Under the pieces are notes generated by a model, which saw only the letters and a list, made by a program, of their open reading frames with translations, was not told the origin of the DNA and did no database searches. Position numbers and translations under genes: made by a program. A stretch of DNA of 64,000 nt, from NCBI GenBank assembly GCA_026415615.1, contig JAOAGT010000002.1:448545-512544 (forward strand), written 5' to 3'. This document shows, in pieces, positions 18,459 through 27,721 of this stretch. The stretch is from Thermoleophilia bacterium. GTDB lineage: Bacteria; Actinomycetota; Thermoleophilia; RBG-16-64-13. The stretch's first letter is position 1. Each line of letters opens with the position of its first letter.

Positions 18459-19610
18459 TTACTTGGCGCGCTCAAAGTCTGGATTCACGAGCCATTCCTT
18501 GAGCTTGGGGCCAATCTCGGGCCACCTCGCGATGTCTTCGGCCCACATCGACTCGCGGTACTTCAGATAGAACTGCTTTGACTCCTCAGGCGACAGGTGA
18601 ATGATCTTAATACCCGCAGCTTCAAGATCTGCCTTTACCTTTTCCACTGTCTTGTGGAAGTGGTCCGCCATGTCAATCTCGGTTTGAATCATGGCTTGGG
18701 TGAGCACGGCCTTTTGTTTCTCAGTGAGGCTCTCCCACTTCTTGAGGTTCATGATCATCATGCCGCCGCAGGAGCTGAACGGCTCGTCCAGCATAGCCTT
18801 GGTCACAGGCGTGAGTCCGAAGTCCTGAATGCCGGGGATGCCGATGTTGTAGCCGTCGACTGTCCCGCGCTCCATGGCTGTGAAGTACTCAGTAAAGTCT
18901 ATGGGCACGCAGACTGCGCCGAGGGCCTCAATGAAGGAACGGTTGGAACCGCCGGTGGCTGCGATCTTGAGCCCCTTCAAGTCAGCTAGGCCGTTGATAA
19001 CCTTGCCGAGGTAAATGACCGTCTGCTCCTGGGGACGAGACGAGACAGAGGCCCCCAAGTACTTGATGCCGTTCTTAGCAAATTCTTCCTCGTAGTACTT
19101 AAAGGCTGGGTTGCCGTTGCGCAGCTCTGGCGGGCTGTATTCAGCTCGCCCGATGGTGCTGCATCCGGGGACCATGGTGTCGCAATAGGCGGACATTACG
19201 CTCGCGATATCCATCGTGCCCCTTTGTACTGCAGCTGGCTGGTCCGGGGCGGGGATAGCCTCTGGGCCGTTGAACTTGATGGTCATCTTGCCAGCCGAGT
19301 ATTCCTGGACCTTGTTAATGAAGTCGCGGTGCCAGTCGGCTCCCGGGGGAATATCGGGCAAGAAGCAGGCCATGGAAAGCTCGATAGGCTCTACATCAGC
19401 AATTACCTGAGGCCCCGACGCAGCTGTCGTTTCTGTAGATGGCGCAGTAGTCTCAGTGGGCGCAGCCGTAGTGGTTGTCGCGGGTGCTTGGGTGGTAGCG
19501 GTGGTAGCCGGTGCGGCTGTGGTTGTGGTGGCTTCTTCCTCTCCGCACGATACCGCCAGGATAGACAGCGCAAGTACACAGCAAATGGCTATTATGGCCA
19601 GTTTCCTCAT
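18459..19610 (-). CDS. TRAP transporter substrate-binding lipoprotein (DctP family)
   Basis: Preferred start is ATG 19610 (MRKLAIIAICCVLALSILAVSCG lipobox), followed by a Thr/Ala linker. The body is DctP-like. The ORF-track N-terminal 42 aa were judged non-coding. Confidence 0.85.
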   Translation of the reverse strand: MRKLAIIAICCVLALSILAVSCGEEEATTTTAAPATTATTQAPATTTTAAPTETTAPSTETTAASGPQVIADVEPIELSMACFLPDIPPGADWHRDFINKVQEYSAGKMTIKFNGPEAIPAPDQPAAVQRGTMDIASVMSAYCDTMVPGCSTIGRAEYSPPELRNGNPAFKYYEEEFAKNGIKYLGASVSSRPQEQTVIYLGKVINGLADLKGLKIAATGGSNRSFIEALGAVCVPIDFTEYFTAMERGTVDGYNIGIPGIQDFGLTPVTKAMLDEPFSSCGGMMIMNLKKWESLTEKQKAVLTQAMIQTEIDMADHFHKTVEKVKADLEAAGIKIIHLSPEESKQFYLKYRESMWAEDIARWPEIGPKLKEWLVNPDFERAK

Positions 19611-19839
19611 GGTGCCCCCCAATCCTAAGATTGCCTGATTTTGCCAAGTCTGCCTGCTGACGTGGAAGTCATTTCTCGCAAGTGCCGAGATGTGCTCTGG
19701 TCCGCTCCAACCTCCTTTGCTCCCGTTTGCTGTCAAGCCGGAACCTGTTGATCAGTGCCTCCCGGTATCGCCAAGCGTATAGCGTGGTGCTCCCGGGCCG
19801 AGACTGCTACTCCGGCGCGCCCGACTATGTTAGTGAGGA

Positions 19840-19908
19840 CTACTAGCACACGCTACTAGCGAATGCAACCGGTCTGTGTTATGTAGGACAGGTAATCGAG
19901 TTACTAGA
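19840..19908. promoter_or_regulatory. repeated CTACTAGC / TTACTAGA boxes in the TetR-TRAP divergent region (candidate TetR operator)
   Basis: CTACTAGC at 19840-19847 and 19853-19860 (13-bp period). TTACTAGA at 19901-19908. Confidence 0.35.
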
Positions 19909-19971
19909 CAGCGTTCTTACCAGGGCAAGATGCTTCCCTCGGTACTGGGAATGAAAGGCGTGACACACAAC

Positions 19972-20832
19972 ATGGACTACCTTGACTTGCCCGCGGGCAA
20001 GAAAGAAAACACCAAGAAGGATGACGGTACTGGCCCTGAGGGCAACAGTTCGTCGCCACAGACCGGAACCACCCTCACCACCCACACCCGTGAGATCTCG
20101 GGAACTGTAGCTCGCAGTAGTGAGACCGCGGGAACAAACGGAGGAGGCAGCAAGAGGAGCTCCGTATCTCTGCGGTGGAAGACCATGAAGCCCGAACAAA
20201 AGAAGGAGGCGGTTATCAAAGCCGTACTGCGGGTGATAGCCAAACACGGGGTTCAAGGTACCACCACCGCTCGTATCGCTGCAGCTCTGGGGGTATCTGA
20301 GCCGACCATCTACCGAGTTTTCCCGAGCCGGCGGGAAATGCTTCTGGCTGCGGCGCAAAGTCTATGGCGGCAACGCCGTGAAGAGCTCGAGGCGTTTGTT
20401 CCAGTTGACGCTATGGACTATCTAAGGAAGTTATCTGCGCATCACACCGCTGGCATCCAGAAAACCAGAGTAACCCGGTATCTTTACGAGCTTTCGGTTG
20501 CGCGGCCTTCTGATGGACTCCGTGACTACTTGCGCGGGGAAATGATCGCCGAAGCAGAACGTCTTGCGGCTATTGTGGAGCAAGGACAAAAAGAAGGGTG
20601 CATCCGTGCAGACGTAGACCCCGGGGAAACAGCCTGGCGGATCATGACCGTTTACTGGCTTGAGGCTATGGCCCGGCTCCATGGGCTTGAGGACATTCTT
20701 CTCACCGGGTTTTCCACCCGGTTTTTCGACGGGATCCTAACCGACATTGCTGCCGCGCCTCTAGATGCACCAGGTGAGCAGCAAACTGTAGGGCAAAGTA
20801 GCGTCAAAGCGAGCGGTCTTGAGGGAGTGTGA
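19972..20832 (+). CDS. TetR/AcrR family transcriptional regulator
   Basis: HTH TTARIAAALGVSEPTIYRVFPSRREML. The start is uncertain: candidate starts are the ORF-track start at 19876 and ATG at 19972 and 20185. The HTH begins right after 20185, and the region before it is low-complexity. Confidence 0.8.
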   Translation: MDYLDLPAGKKENTKKDDGTGPEGNSSSPQTGTTLTTHTREISGTVARSSETAGTNGGGSKRSSVSLRWKTMKPEQKKEAVIKAVLRVIAKHGVQGTTTARIAAALGVSEPTIYRVFPSRREMLLAAAQSLWRQRREELEAFVPVDAMDYLRKLSAHHTAGIQKTRVTRYLYELSVARPSDGLRDYLRGEMIAEAERLAAIVEQGQKEGCIRADVDPGETAWRIMTVYWLEAMARLHGLEDILLTGFSTRFFDGILTDIAAAPLDAPGEQQTVGQSSVKASGLEGV

Positions 20833-20836
20833 ATAG

Positions 20837-22093
20837 ATGGATCACCAGTCTCCGCAAGTCTTGTACCAAGAGAGATTAAAGAGGATTGAGGACGCCATAG
20901 CACTGCGCCAGCCGGATAGAGTCCCGATCGTGATGTCTGCCGGATATTTTCTGGCTGATCTGGGAGGCATTACCAAACAGCAGCTGCTTGAGGACCCTGA
21001 ACTTTGCCAACAGCTGCTAGAAAAGGCCGCCCTTGAATTTCAGCCTGATTCAATCTGGGGTCCTATGCCGGCGGATCCAACTCCCTCCCTTATTCTGGGG
21101 GACAGACAGAGCGCTTGGCCCGGACACCAGCTTTCGCCCAACAGCCAGTTCCAGTTCGTTGAAGGCGAATTCATGAAGGAAGACGAGTACGAGGAATTCC
21201 TGGAAGATCCCACCGACTGGACCATCCGCACCTATTTGCCGCGGGTGTTTGGGGCGCTTGAAAGCTTTGCGCAGCTGCCGCCTCCGATTCTGTTCCTGTT
21301 TGGCGGGGGTTTTGGCCTTTCTAATTTTGCAATGCTGACCTCAGGGGCATTCGCGGAGTCTTTCAAAGCTTTTGCCAAGGCCTTACAGGCGGTAGCCGAA
21401 GGCCATGAGCGGGCAGCCAGAAATCATGAGCGCATGGCGGCGTTGGGTTTTCCGCCGAGCTTCATGAACGGTCCGATTCTAACCGCTCCCTTCGACGTGA
21501 TGTCTGATGCGGTTCGTGGGATGCGCGGCATTATGCTCGACGTTATTCGGCGTCCCGACAAGCTGCTTGCGGCGCAAGAAAAGGTGATGCGCTTTGAGCT
21601 TAAGTGGGCTCTTGATTTTTGCCGGGCTACGGGCGCAAAGAGAGCTTTTCTGCCTCTTCACAGGGGGTCGGATGGCTTCATGTCGCTGAAGCAGTTTGAG
21701 ACCTTGTACTGGCCGCAGCTGAAGAAGGTTCTCGAGACCCTCATAGAGAACGGCGTGACCCCCGTGGTGTTCTACGAAGGCTGCTGGAATCAAAGACTGG
21801 AGTATCTAGCGGAGCTACCCAAGGGCAAGAGCGTAGGATGGTTCCAAGCAAGCGACATCTTCAAAGTCAAGGAAGTGCTTGGCGACACCATGTGCATCAT
21901 GGGGGGGATGCCAAACTCGCTGCTTAAGGCTGGTCCTGCCGAGGAGGTGCGTGCGTTCACCAAACGCCTTTGCGAAGAGGTTGGCAAGGGCGGGGGATTC
22001 ATCATGACCACCGCGGTTGGCGAATTGGCTGGCTGCGATCCGGATCTCATCAAGGTGTGGGTGGAGGCGACCAAGGAATTTGGGAAAGCTTAG
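20837..22093 (+). CDS. uroporphyrinogen decarboxylase (URO-D)-like / MtaA-CmuA-type methyltransferase superfamily protein
   Basis: 418 aa, starting 4 nt after the TetR stop, RBS GAGGGAG. Begins ...RLKRIEDAIALRQPDRVPIV... and ends with a URO-D-like barrel. Assignment is by overall pattern only. Confidence 0.6.
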   Translation: MDHQSPQVLYQERLKRIEDAIALRQPDRVPIVMSAGYFLADLGGITKQQLLEDPELCQQLLEKAALEFQPDSIWGPMPADPTPSLILGDRQSAWPGHQLSPNSQFQFVEGEFMKEDEYEEFLEDPTDWTIRTYLPRVFGALESFAQLPPPILFLFGGGFGLSNFAMLTSGAFAESFKAFAKALQAVAEGHERAARNHERMAALGFPPSFMNGPILTAPFDVMSDAVRGMRGIMLDVIRRPDKLLAAQEKVMRFELKWALDFCRATGAKRAFLPLHRGSDGFMSLKQFETLYWPQLKKVLETLIENGVTPVVFYEGCWNQRLEYLAELPKGKSVGWFQASDIFKVKEVLGDTMCIMGGMPNSLLKAGPAEEVRAFTKRLCEEVGKGGGFIMTTAVGELAGCDPDLIKVWVEATKEFGKA

Positions 22094-22123
22094 CAAAGCA
22101 CAGGAAAGCTTAGGAATGAAACC

Positions 22124-22858
22124 ATGGACCTCAAGTTGAAGGATAAAGTTGCGCTCGTTACAGGAGCAGGGAGTCCCATAGGCTATGGCAGGGCAATTGC
22201 TCTCACCCTGGCCGAAGAGGGCTGTCGAGTTGCCTGTGCTGACCTACGACTTGACTGGGCAGAGGAGACCGCTGCCCTAATCAGAGAGGCAGGCGGCGAA
22301 GCCTTCGCAGTCAAGGTTGACGTGACCGACATGGCCCAGGTGGAGGCCATGGTGGAGGCGGTTGTTGCCCGATACGGGCGGATCGACATTCTCGTTAACA
22401 ACGCTGGCAAAAGCAGCATCGACAAACCTTTCATGGAAAAGACCCGGGCAGACTGGGATCTCGATATTCAGGTGAATTTGTATGGCCAAATGAACGTGGC
22501 GCGCGCAGTGATTCCTCACATGGCCAGGCAAGGCTATGGGCGCATCATTAACACTTCCGGCGGGCAGGGCTTGCCGACCGTATCCACTTACGGAGCAGCC
22601 AAAGCAGGGGTGGAAGCATTTACACATTCGTTGGCCATGGAGGTTGCCTCCTTGGGGATCATCGTAAACGCCATTGCCCCGGGGCTGGGGGAGACCGGCC
22701 TGATTTCGGCCAGCGAAGAACACAAAGAGGGGTATCGGCGTATGTCGGCCCTAAAACGCCTTTGCACTCCAGCCGACGTGGCACCTGCGGTGGCGTTTCT
22801 AGCTTCGGATGTTTGTAGCTACATGGTTGGGCAGTGCCTCAGGTTGAGTACCCACTAG
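22124..22858 (+). CDS. short-chain dehydrogenase/reductase (SDR)
   Basis: 244 aa. TGAGSPIGYG, NNAG and YGAAKAGV. Confidence 0.9.
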   Translation: MDLKLKDKVALVTGAGSPIGYGRAIALTLAEEGCRVACADLRLDWAEETAALIREAGGEAFAVKVDVTDMAQVEAMVEAVVARYGRIDILVNNAGKSSIDKPFMEKTRADWDLDIQVNLYGQMNVARAVIPHMARQGYGRIINTSGGQGLPTVSTYGAAKAGVEAFTHSLAMEVASLGIIVNAIAPGLGETGLISASEEHKEGYRRMSALKRLCTPADVAPAVAFLASDVCSYMVGQCLRLSTH

Positions 22859-22873
22859 CAAGGAGTACCAGTC

Positions 22874-23095
22874 ATGGCCATACGTCACTTTAGTCGTGAC
22901 GATTGCACGGGATGCGGGATATGTGTCGCTGCGTGTCCCATGGATGTGCTTCGTCTGGATGAGGAAGCGCAGAAGGCAACCGTAAGCTATCCCGACGACT
23001 GCATCGCCTGCTGGGGTTGCGAGTCGTTCTGTCCGCAGGGTTGTTTCGATATTTCTCCCGAACGGGCCCGCGGGGAGCTACCCGCTCCTTACTGA
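22874..23095 (+). CDS. 2x[4Fe-4S] ferredoxin
   Basis: 73 aa. CTGCGICVAACP and CIACWGCESFCP. Confidence 0.9.
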   Translation: MAIRHFSRDDCTGCGICVAACPMDVLRLDEEAQKATVSYPDDCIACWGCESFCPQGCFDISPERARGELPAPY

Positions 23096-23133
23096 GTCTC
23101 GCGGAGTAACAAAGGCGAGTGGGAAGGAAAGAC

Positions 23134-24849
23134 ATGAGAGGCTGGGATCAAACGCCGGTTAGGATTGCTGCCGATGTGCTGGTGCTGGGAGCGGGCGGTG
23201 CTGGCATGTGTGCGGCGCTTAAAGCGCGGGAAATCGGCGCTGATGTTCTGATGGTAGACAAGTGCGGCATCGGCTACAACGGGCAGGTGCCTATCGGGGG
23301 CGGCATACTCGCGTACATTTACCCCTCCTACGTAGAGACGTGGGTTGAGAAAGTTACCCGCCAGAGCCATTTCTTCAACAACCAGGAATGGACGTATCTC
23401 TTTGGCCGCTCAATGGACCCAGTTACTACTGAGCTTGCGAAGCTAGGGCTCACATTCTTGCGGAAAGAGGGCGAGATCGAGATTCTAACCTGGGGTCCAA
23501 ATATCCATGTGACGCTATTTGACGCGCCCAAGTCCTTAGTGGCCCTAAAAAGAACAGCCGCCGCCCGGGGCGTGCGCATGATGGACAAGATTTTTGCTGT
23601 CGATCTGCTCAAGAAAGACGACCGTGTGGTAGGAGCGGTGGCCTTTGGGTTGGTAGATGGGCGGGTTTATGTTTTTGATGCCAAGGCAGTAATTGTTGCC
23701 ACCGGGAACTGCGGCTACCAGCATGAAAAAACTTACAGCTCCGTCCAAGGCGAGGGCCCAGCTATGGGTTATCGAGCGGGGGCCAAACTCACCAACGCCG
23801 AGTTCAACAGCATGTACGTGTGGGGAGCTAAGGTCCTTGGCAAGGAGTTAATGGGCATCCATTACTACCTGTATCTCGAGAACGCCCGGGGAGAAAAGAT
23901 TATGGGCAAGCACTATCCGGAGCTGATGGTAGGAAAGCATGCCGTCTACACCTTTGATCCTCGGGTTATTGACGCCATGTACAAAGAGGTCCAGGCTGGG
24001 CTAGGACCCATCTATCTAAACCTCACGGGGCTGAGCGAGGAAGAAATTGCAGGGCTTGCCGAAGACGTCGTGGAAGAACTCTCTCATCTTATGGCAAACG
24101 ACTCCATGCGTTTGCTTCGGGAAAAGGCCGGCATTGATCCCACGAAAGAGCGCATCGAAATGTGGCCTCGTCTGTTGTACACGGGGGGCGGCATGCTGGT
24201 GGACACAGAGTGTCGAACGACTGTCCCAGGTCTTTGGGCGGCGGGGGGAGCGTGCAGCACCTTGTGGACTAACGGCGGCGGTGGTCAGGGCGGTCTAGGG
24301 GTACAGAACGCCGCGGTTACTGGATTTGTCGCTGGGGAGAGTGCAGCCAAATGGGCGGCGGAGACAACGCTTGTGCGCGCCGATGATGCCCATGTTGAGC
24401 AAGTTGTGGGGCGGATTATTGAGCCGCTTGTGCGGGAAGGGGCGGGCGACCCGTACGAGGTCACCTACCGAGTACATGAAGCAATAGTTCCCATGAAGTA
24501 CAACCGCATCCGAGAGGCTACTAGGATGCGTGAGGCACTGGGGATCTTGGCGGATGCGCGCGAAAAACTGTCTCGTATAAGCGTCCGCAATTTCCACGAT
24601 CTAGCCCGTTATCACTCAGCAGAAAGCATGCTGATGGCGGCGGAGTTTACCTACCAGGCTGCTTTAATGCGCCAGGAGAGCAGAAGCCAGCACTATAGAG
24701 AAGATTTCCCCGCGCGAGACGACGCAAATTGGCTTAAGTGGATCACGATCGAAAAGGGGGCAAACGGCCCCGAGCTTGGTGTTGTACCCGTGCCCTTGGA
24801 GAAGTACCCGCTCAAACCAGACTGGTGGCCAGCATTGAGCGGGAATTAG
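23134..24849 (+). CDS. FAD-dependent oxidoreductase, fumarate reductase/succinate dehydrogenase flavoprotein-like (FAD_binding_2)
   Basis: DVLVLGAGGAGMCAALKA dinucleotide fold. Late GLWAAGGA motif. ATG 23134 after GGGAAGGAAAG (the ORF-track GTG 23119 is also possible). Confidence 0.8.
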   Translation: MRGWDQTPVRIAADVLVLGAGGAGMCAALKAREIGADVLMVDKCGIGYNGQVPIGGGILAYIYPSYVETWVEKVTRQSHFFNNQEWTYLFGRSMDPVTTELAKLGLTFLRKEGEIEILTWGPNIHVTLFDAPKSLVALKRTAAARGVRMMDKIFAVDLLKKDDRVVGAVAFGLVDGRVYVFDAKAVIVATGNCGYQHEKTYSSVQGEGPAMGYRAGAKLTNAEFNSMYVWGAKVLGKELMGIHYYLYLENARGEKIMGKHYPELMVGKHAVYTFDPRVIDAMYKEVQAGLGPIYLNLTGLSEEEIAGLAEDVVEELSHLMANDSMRLLREKAGIDPTKERIEMWPRLLYTGGGMLVDTECRTTVPGLWAAGGACSTLWTNGGGGQGGLGVQNAAVTGFVAGESAAKWAAETTLVRADDAHVEQVVGRIIEPLVREGAGDPYEVTYRVHEAIVPMKYNRIREATRMREALGILADAREKLSRISVRNFHDLARYHSAESMLMAAEFTYQAALMRQESRSQHYREDFPARDDANWLKWITIEKGANGPELGVVPVPLEKYPLKPDWWPALSGN

Positions 24850-24900
24850 CTGGTAGTTGGATAGGCGGCCCTCAACGGTAAAGGAGGCGGGAAGAGCGCG

Positions 24901-26367
24901 ATGGTAAGCAAAGAAAGACTGGCAGAGATAGTAGGGGCTGCGAATGTCAGCAGCGAGCCGGATGTTCTTGAGCAGTACGCCAGGGACGTGAGTTTTGTCA
25001 ATCATACAAGACCGGCGTACGTGGTTAAGCCCCATACCGCCCAGGAGGTCAAGGACCTTGTCAAACTGGCCAACGAGAGCCGTACGCCTCTGGTGCCAGT
25101 GAGCTCGGGCCCACCGCACTTTCGGGGAGATACGGTGCCCACAGCGGGCGGGGCGGTGGTGGTAGACCTGAGTGAGATGAAACGCATCGTGTTTGTGGAT
25201 CGCCCGCGCAGAGTGGCCATGGTTGAGCCAGGCGTGACCTTTGGAGAACTCATTCCGGCTGCCACCAAGGAAGGGATTAGGCTAAACATGCCTCTCTTGC
25301 CTAGAACGACCAAGACAGTCGTGGGCAGCATGTTAGAGAGGGAACCTGTGGTCATGCCCAAGTATCAGTGGGACATCTCCGATCCCTTGGCGTGCGTTGA
25401 GGTAATCTTCGGCACGGGTGACGACTTCCGCACGGGCCAGGCCGCTGGACCCGGCACCATCGAAGAGCAGTGGCAGGTCGGGGGAGTGCAGAAAGCCCCC
25501 TACGGGCCTCACATTACCGCGTGGCATAGGCTCATTCAGGGAGCTCAGGGAACCATCGGAATCGTGACCTGGGCCTCTTTGCGCTGTGAGCTGCTGCCTC
25601 GGTTACAGGAGCCTTACGTCGTAGCAAGTGCGCAGCTGGGACCTTTGGTGGAGATGGCAGCCTGGTTGATTCGGCTAAGGATGGCCAACGAGTGCTTCAT
25701 TTTGTCGAATGCCAACCTGGCTGCGATCTTTGCCGAAGACTGGCCAAACGATTACGTCAAGCTAAAAGCCTCTCTGCCCTCTTGGACATTGTTCTACGTT
25801 CTGGCCGGCTACGAGTACTTCCCCGAAGAGAGGGTGGCGTCATATCAGAAGCAAGTCGTATCTCTTTGTCAGCGCCTAGCTCTGGAGCCGCTGCGGGCGG
25901 TGGGCGGACTTTCTGCGCGCAGCATCATGAAAGCTGTGCAGAACGTGTGCCCCGAACCCTACTGGAAGCTCCGCTACAAAGGCGCCTCAGAGGACGTGTT
26001 CTTCCTTACCACCAACGACAAGGTGGAAGGATTTGTAAGTACGATGCAGGCTCTTGCTGCCGAGGTAGGGTACGCTGCCTCTGACTTAGGAGTCTATGTC
26101 CAGCCAGTGGTGCAAGGTACGGCTTGTCACGTAGAGTTCAACCTCTTCTACGATCCAGGTGACAGCAAAGAAGTCGAGCGGACTAGATGTCTTGCCGGCA
26201 TTGCCACGAAAGCGTTCTTGGATGATGGCGCCTTCTTCTCTCGTCCATACGGCGAGTATGCCCGGGACATCATGAATCGCGATGCTGCGTCGCTAGATGT
26301 GCTTAAGAAGCTGAAGGGGATCTTTGATCCCAACAACATCATGAACCCGGGCAAGCTTTGCTTCTGA
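24901..26367 (+). CDS. FAD-linked oxidase (FAD_binding_4; GlcD / D-lactate dehydrogenase-like)
   Basis: 488 aa, RBS AAAGGAGG. PHTAQEVKDLVKLANESRTPLVPVSSG... and a C-terminal LKGIFDPNNIMNPGKL. Confidence 0.85.
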   Translation: MVSKERLAEIVGAANVSSEPDVLEQYARDVSFVNHTRPAYVVKPHTAQEVKDLVKLANESRTPLVPVSSGPPHFRGDTVPTAGGAVVVDLSEMKRIVFVDRPRRVAMVEPGVTFGELIPAATKEGIRLNMPLLPRTTKTVVGSMLEREPVVMPKYQWDISDPLACVEVIFGTGDDFRTGQAAGPGTIEEQWQVGGVQKAPYGPHITAWHRLIQGAQGTIGIVTWASLRCELLPRLQEPYVVASAQLGPLVEMAAWLIRLRMANECFILSNANLAAIFAEDWPNDYVKLKASLPSWTLFYVLAGYEYFPEERVASYQKQVVSLCQRLALEPLRAVGGLSARSIMKAVQNVCPEPYWKLRYKGASEDVFFLTTNDKVEGFVSTMQALAAEVGYAASDLGVYVQPVVQGTACHVEFNLFYDPGDSKEVERTRCLAGIATKAFLDDGAFFSRPYGEYARDIMNRDAASLDVLKKLKGIFDPNNIMNPGKLCF

Positions 26368-26429
26368 GCTTTGCTTCTGAGGCGAGGCCTGTTGGTGAGA
26401 CATTGGTCGTAGCAGAAGGAAGGAGCGAG

Positions 26430-27704
26430 ATGGCATTAGAAGATTACGCCGGTGACATGAACATGTGTTGCCGCTGCTCGGCATGCAAGTTCATACCACT
26501 GCAGATGATCAAAGGGTATAAGCATGCCTATGTGTGCCCCAGCATCTCCCGGTACAACTTCCACTTCTTCTCTGGCGGCGGCAGACTGAACCTGGGGGTG
26601 GCGGGGCTGGAGCAGGGGTTCAAATACACGCCCTGGTACCTCTCCAGTGTCTATAACTGTCAGCAATGCGGCGCCTGCGACGTGTCCTGCAAGTACGGCA
26701 TGGACATGGAGGTCCTGCTTCCCATCCAGGAGCTTCGCATCAAGGCAGTGGAAGACGGGCATGCGCATCCGGCTCTGGCGCGCGTGGTGGAGCGGATGAA
26801 CAAGACCGGGAGCATGGTCCCCATGGAAGGGGCAAGCCGTGGGGACTGGGCTGCGGACTTGGGCCTCAAAGACGCCACCCAAGAGAAGGTGGAGGTTCTC
26901 TACCACGTAGGGTGCCTGACCAGCTTTGATAAGGATATGCAGGCGGTGGCTCGGGCGACGGCCAAGGTACTTGGCGCGGCCGGGATTGACTTTGGCATCC
27001 TGGGCGATGCCGAGACCTGCTGTGGGGGGCGCGCCTACGAGATGGGCCACAAGAATGACTTCATGACTCAGGCCAAGAAGAGCATGGAGGTCATCCGGTC
27101 CACTGGGGCAAAATTCCTGGTCACGAGCTGCGCCGAGTGCTACCAGGCCTACAAGGTTCTCTACGATCGTTTTGGCCTACGGAATGATTCGGAGCTTAAG
27201 GTTCTCCATACCTCTCAGCTTCTAGACGAGGTGATAAGCCAGGGCAACCTCAAGCTAAGTGGCCGGGTCGATCTGTGTGTTACTTATCACGATCCTTGCC
27301 ATCTGGGCAGACTAGGAGAGCCCTGGATCCACTGGCAGGGTAAAAAAGTGCCGGGCGACCGCTTCATCTTTGACCCGCCGAAGCCTTACCGCCGCGGCAC
27401 TAACGGGGTATACGAGCCGCCGCGCCGGGTGCTAAAAAGCGTACCCGGGGTGATTCTCGAGGAGATGGACCGCATAAAGGAATACGCGTGGTGCGCTGGT
27501 TCGTGCGGTGGTGTTACCGACTCCAATCCGGAGTTTGCCGAATGGACCGCCGAGCAGCGTCTCGAAGAGGCGCTCTGCACAGGCGCGGAGGCGATTGTCT
27601 CGGCTACCCCGTGGGGCGAGAAGCTCCTGCGCGATGTCGCAAAGAAGAACGACGTGCAGCTCGAGGTTTATGACCTTGTTGAACTGGTCGCCCAGGCTAT
27701 CTAG
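26430..27704 (+). CDS. Fe-S oxidoreductase with two CCG domains (GlcF / heterodisulfide-reductase-D-like)
   Basis: ATG 26430 after GAAGGAAGGAG. CCRCSACKFIP and CQQCGACDVSC cluster motifs. CCGG...YHDPCHLGR CCG-domain signatures. Confidence 0.85.
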   Translation: MALEDYAGDMNMCCRCSACKFIPLQMIKGYKHAYVCPSISRYNFHFFSGGGRLNLGVAGLEQGFKYTPWYLSSVYNCQQCGACDVSCKYGMDMEVLLPIQELRIKAVEDGHAHPALARVVERMNKTGSMVPMEGASRGDWAADLGLKDATQEKVEVLYHVGCLTSFDKDMQAVARATAKVLGAAGIDFGILGDAETCCGGRAYEMGHKNDFMTQAKKSMEVIRSTGAKFLVTSCAECYQAYKVLYDRFGLRNDSELKVLHTSQLLDEVISQGNLKLSGRVDLCVTYHDPCHLGRLGEPWIHWQGKKVPGDRFIFDPPKPYRRGTNGVYEPPRRVLKSVPGVILEEMDRIKEYAWCAGSCGGVTDSNPEFAEWTAEQRLEEALCTGAEAIVSATPWGEKLLRDVAKKNDVQLEVYDLVELVAQAI

Positions 27705-27721
27705 GAAGGAGGTCGAAAGCC

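Noticed and set aside
19876-20184. ~100-aa N-terminal extension of the TetR ORF
   Set aside because: It is low-complexity (Thr/Ser/Gly-rich) and lies in the divergent promoter region. The TetR HTH begins right after Met at 20185, so the true start is probably 19972 or 20185.
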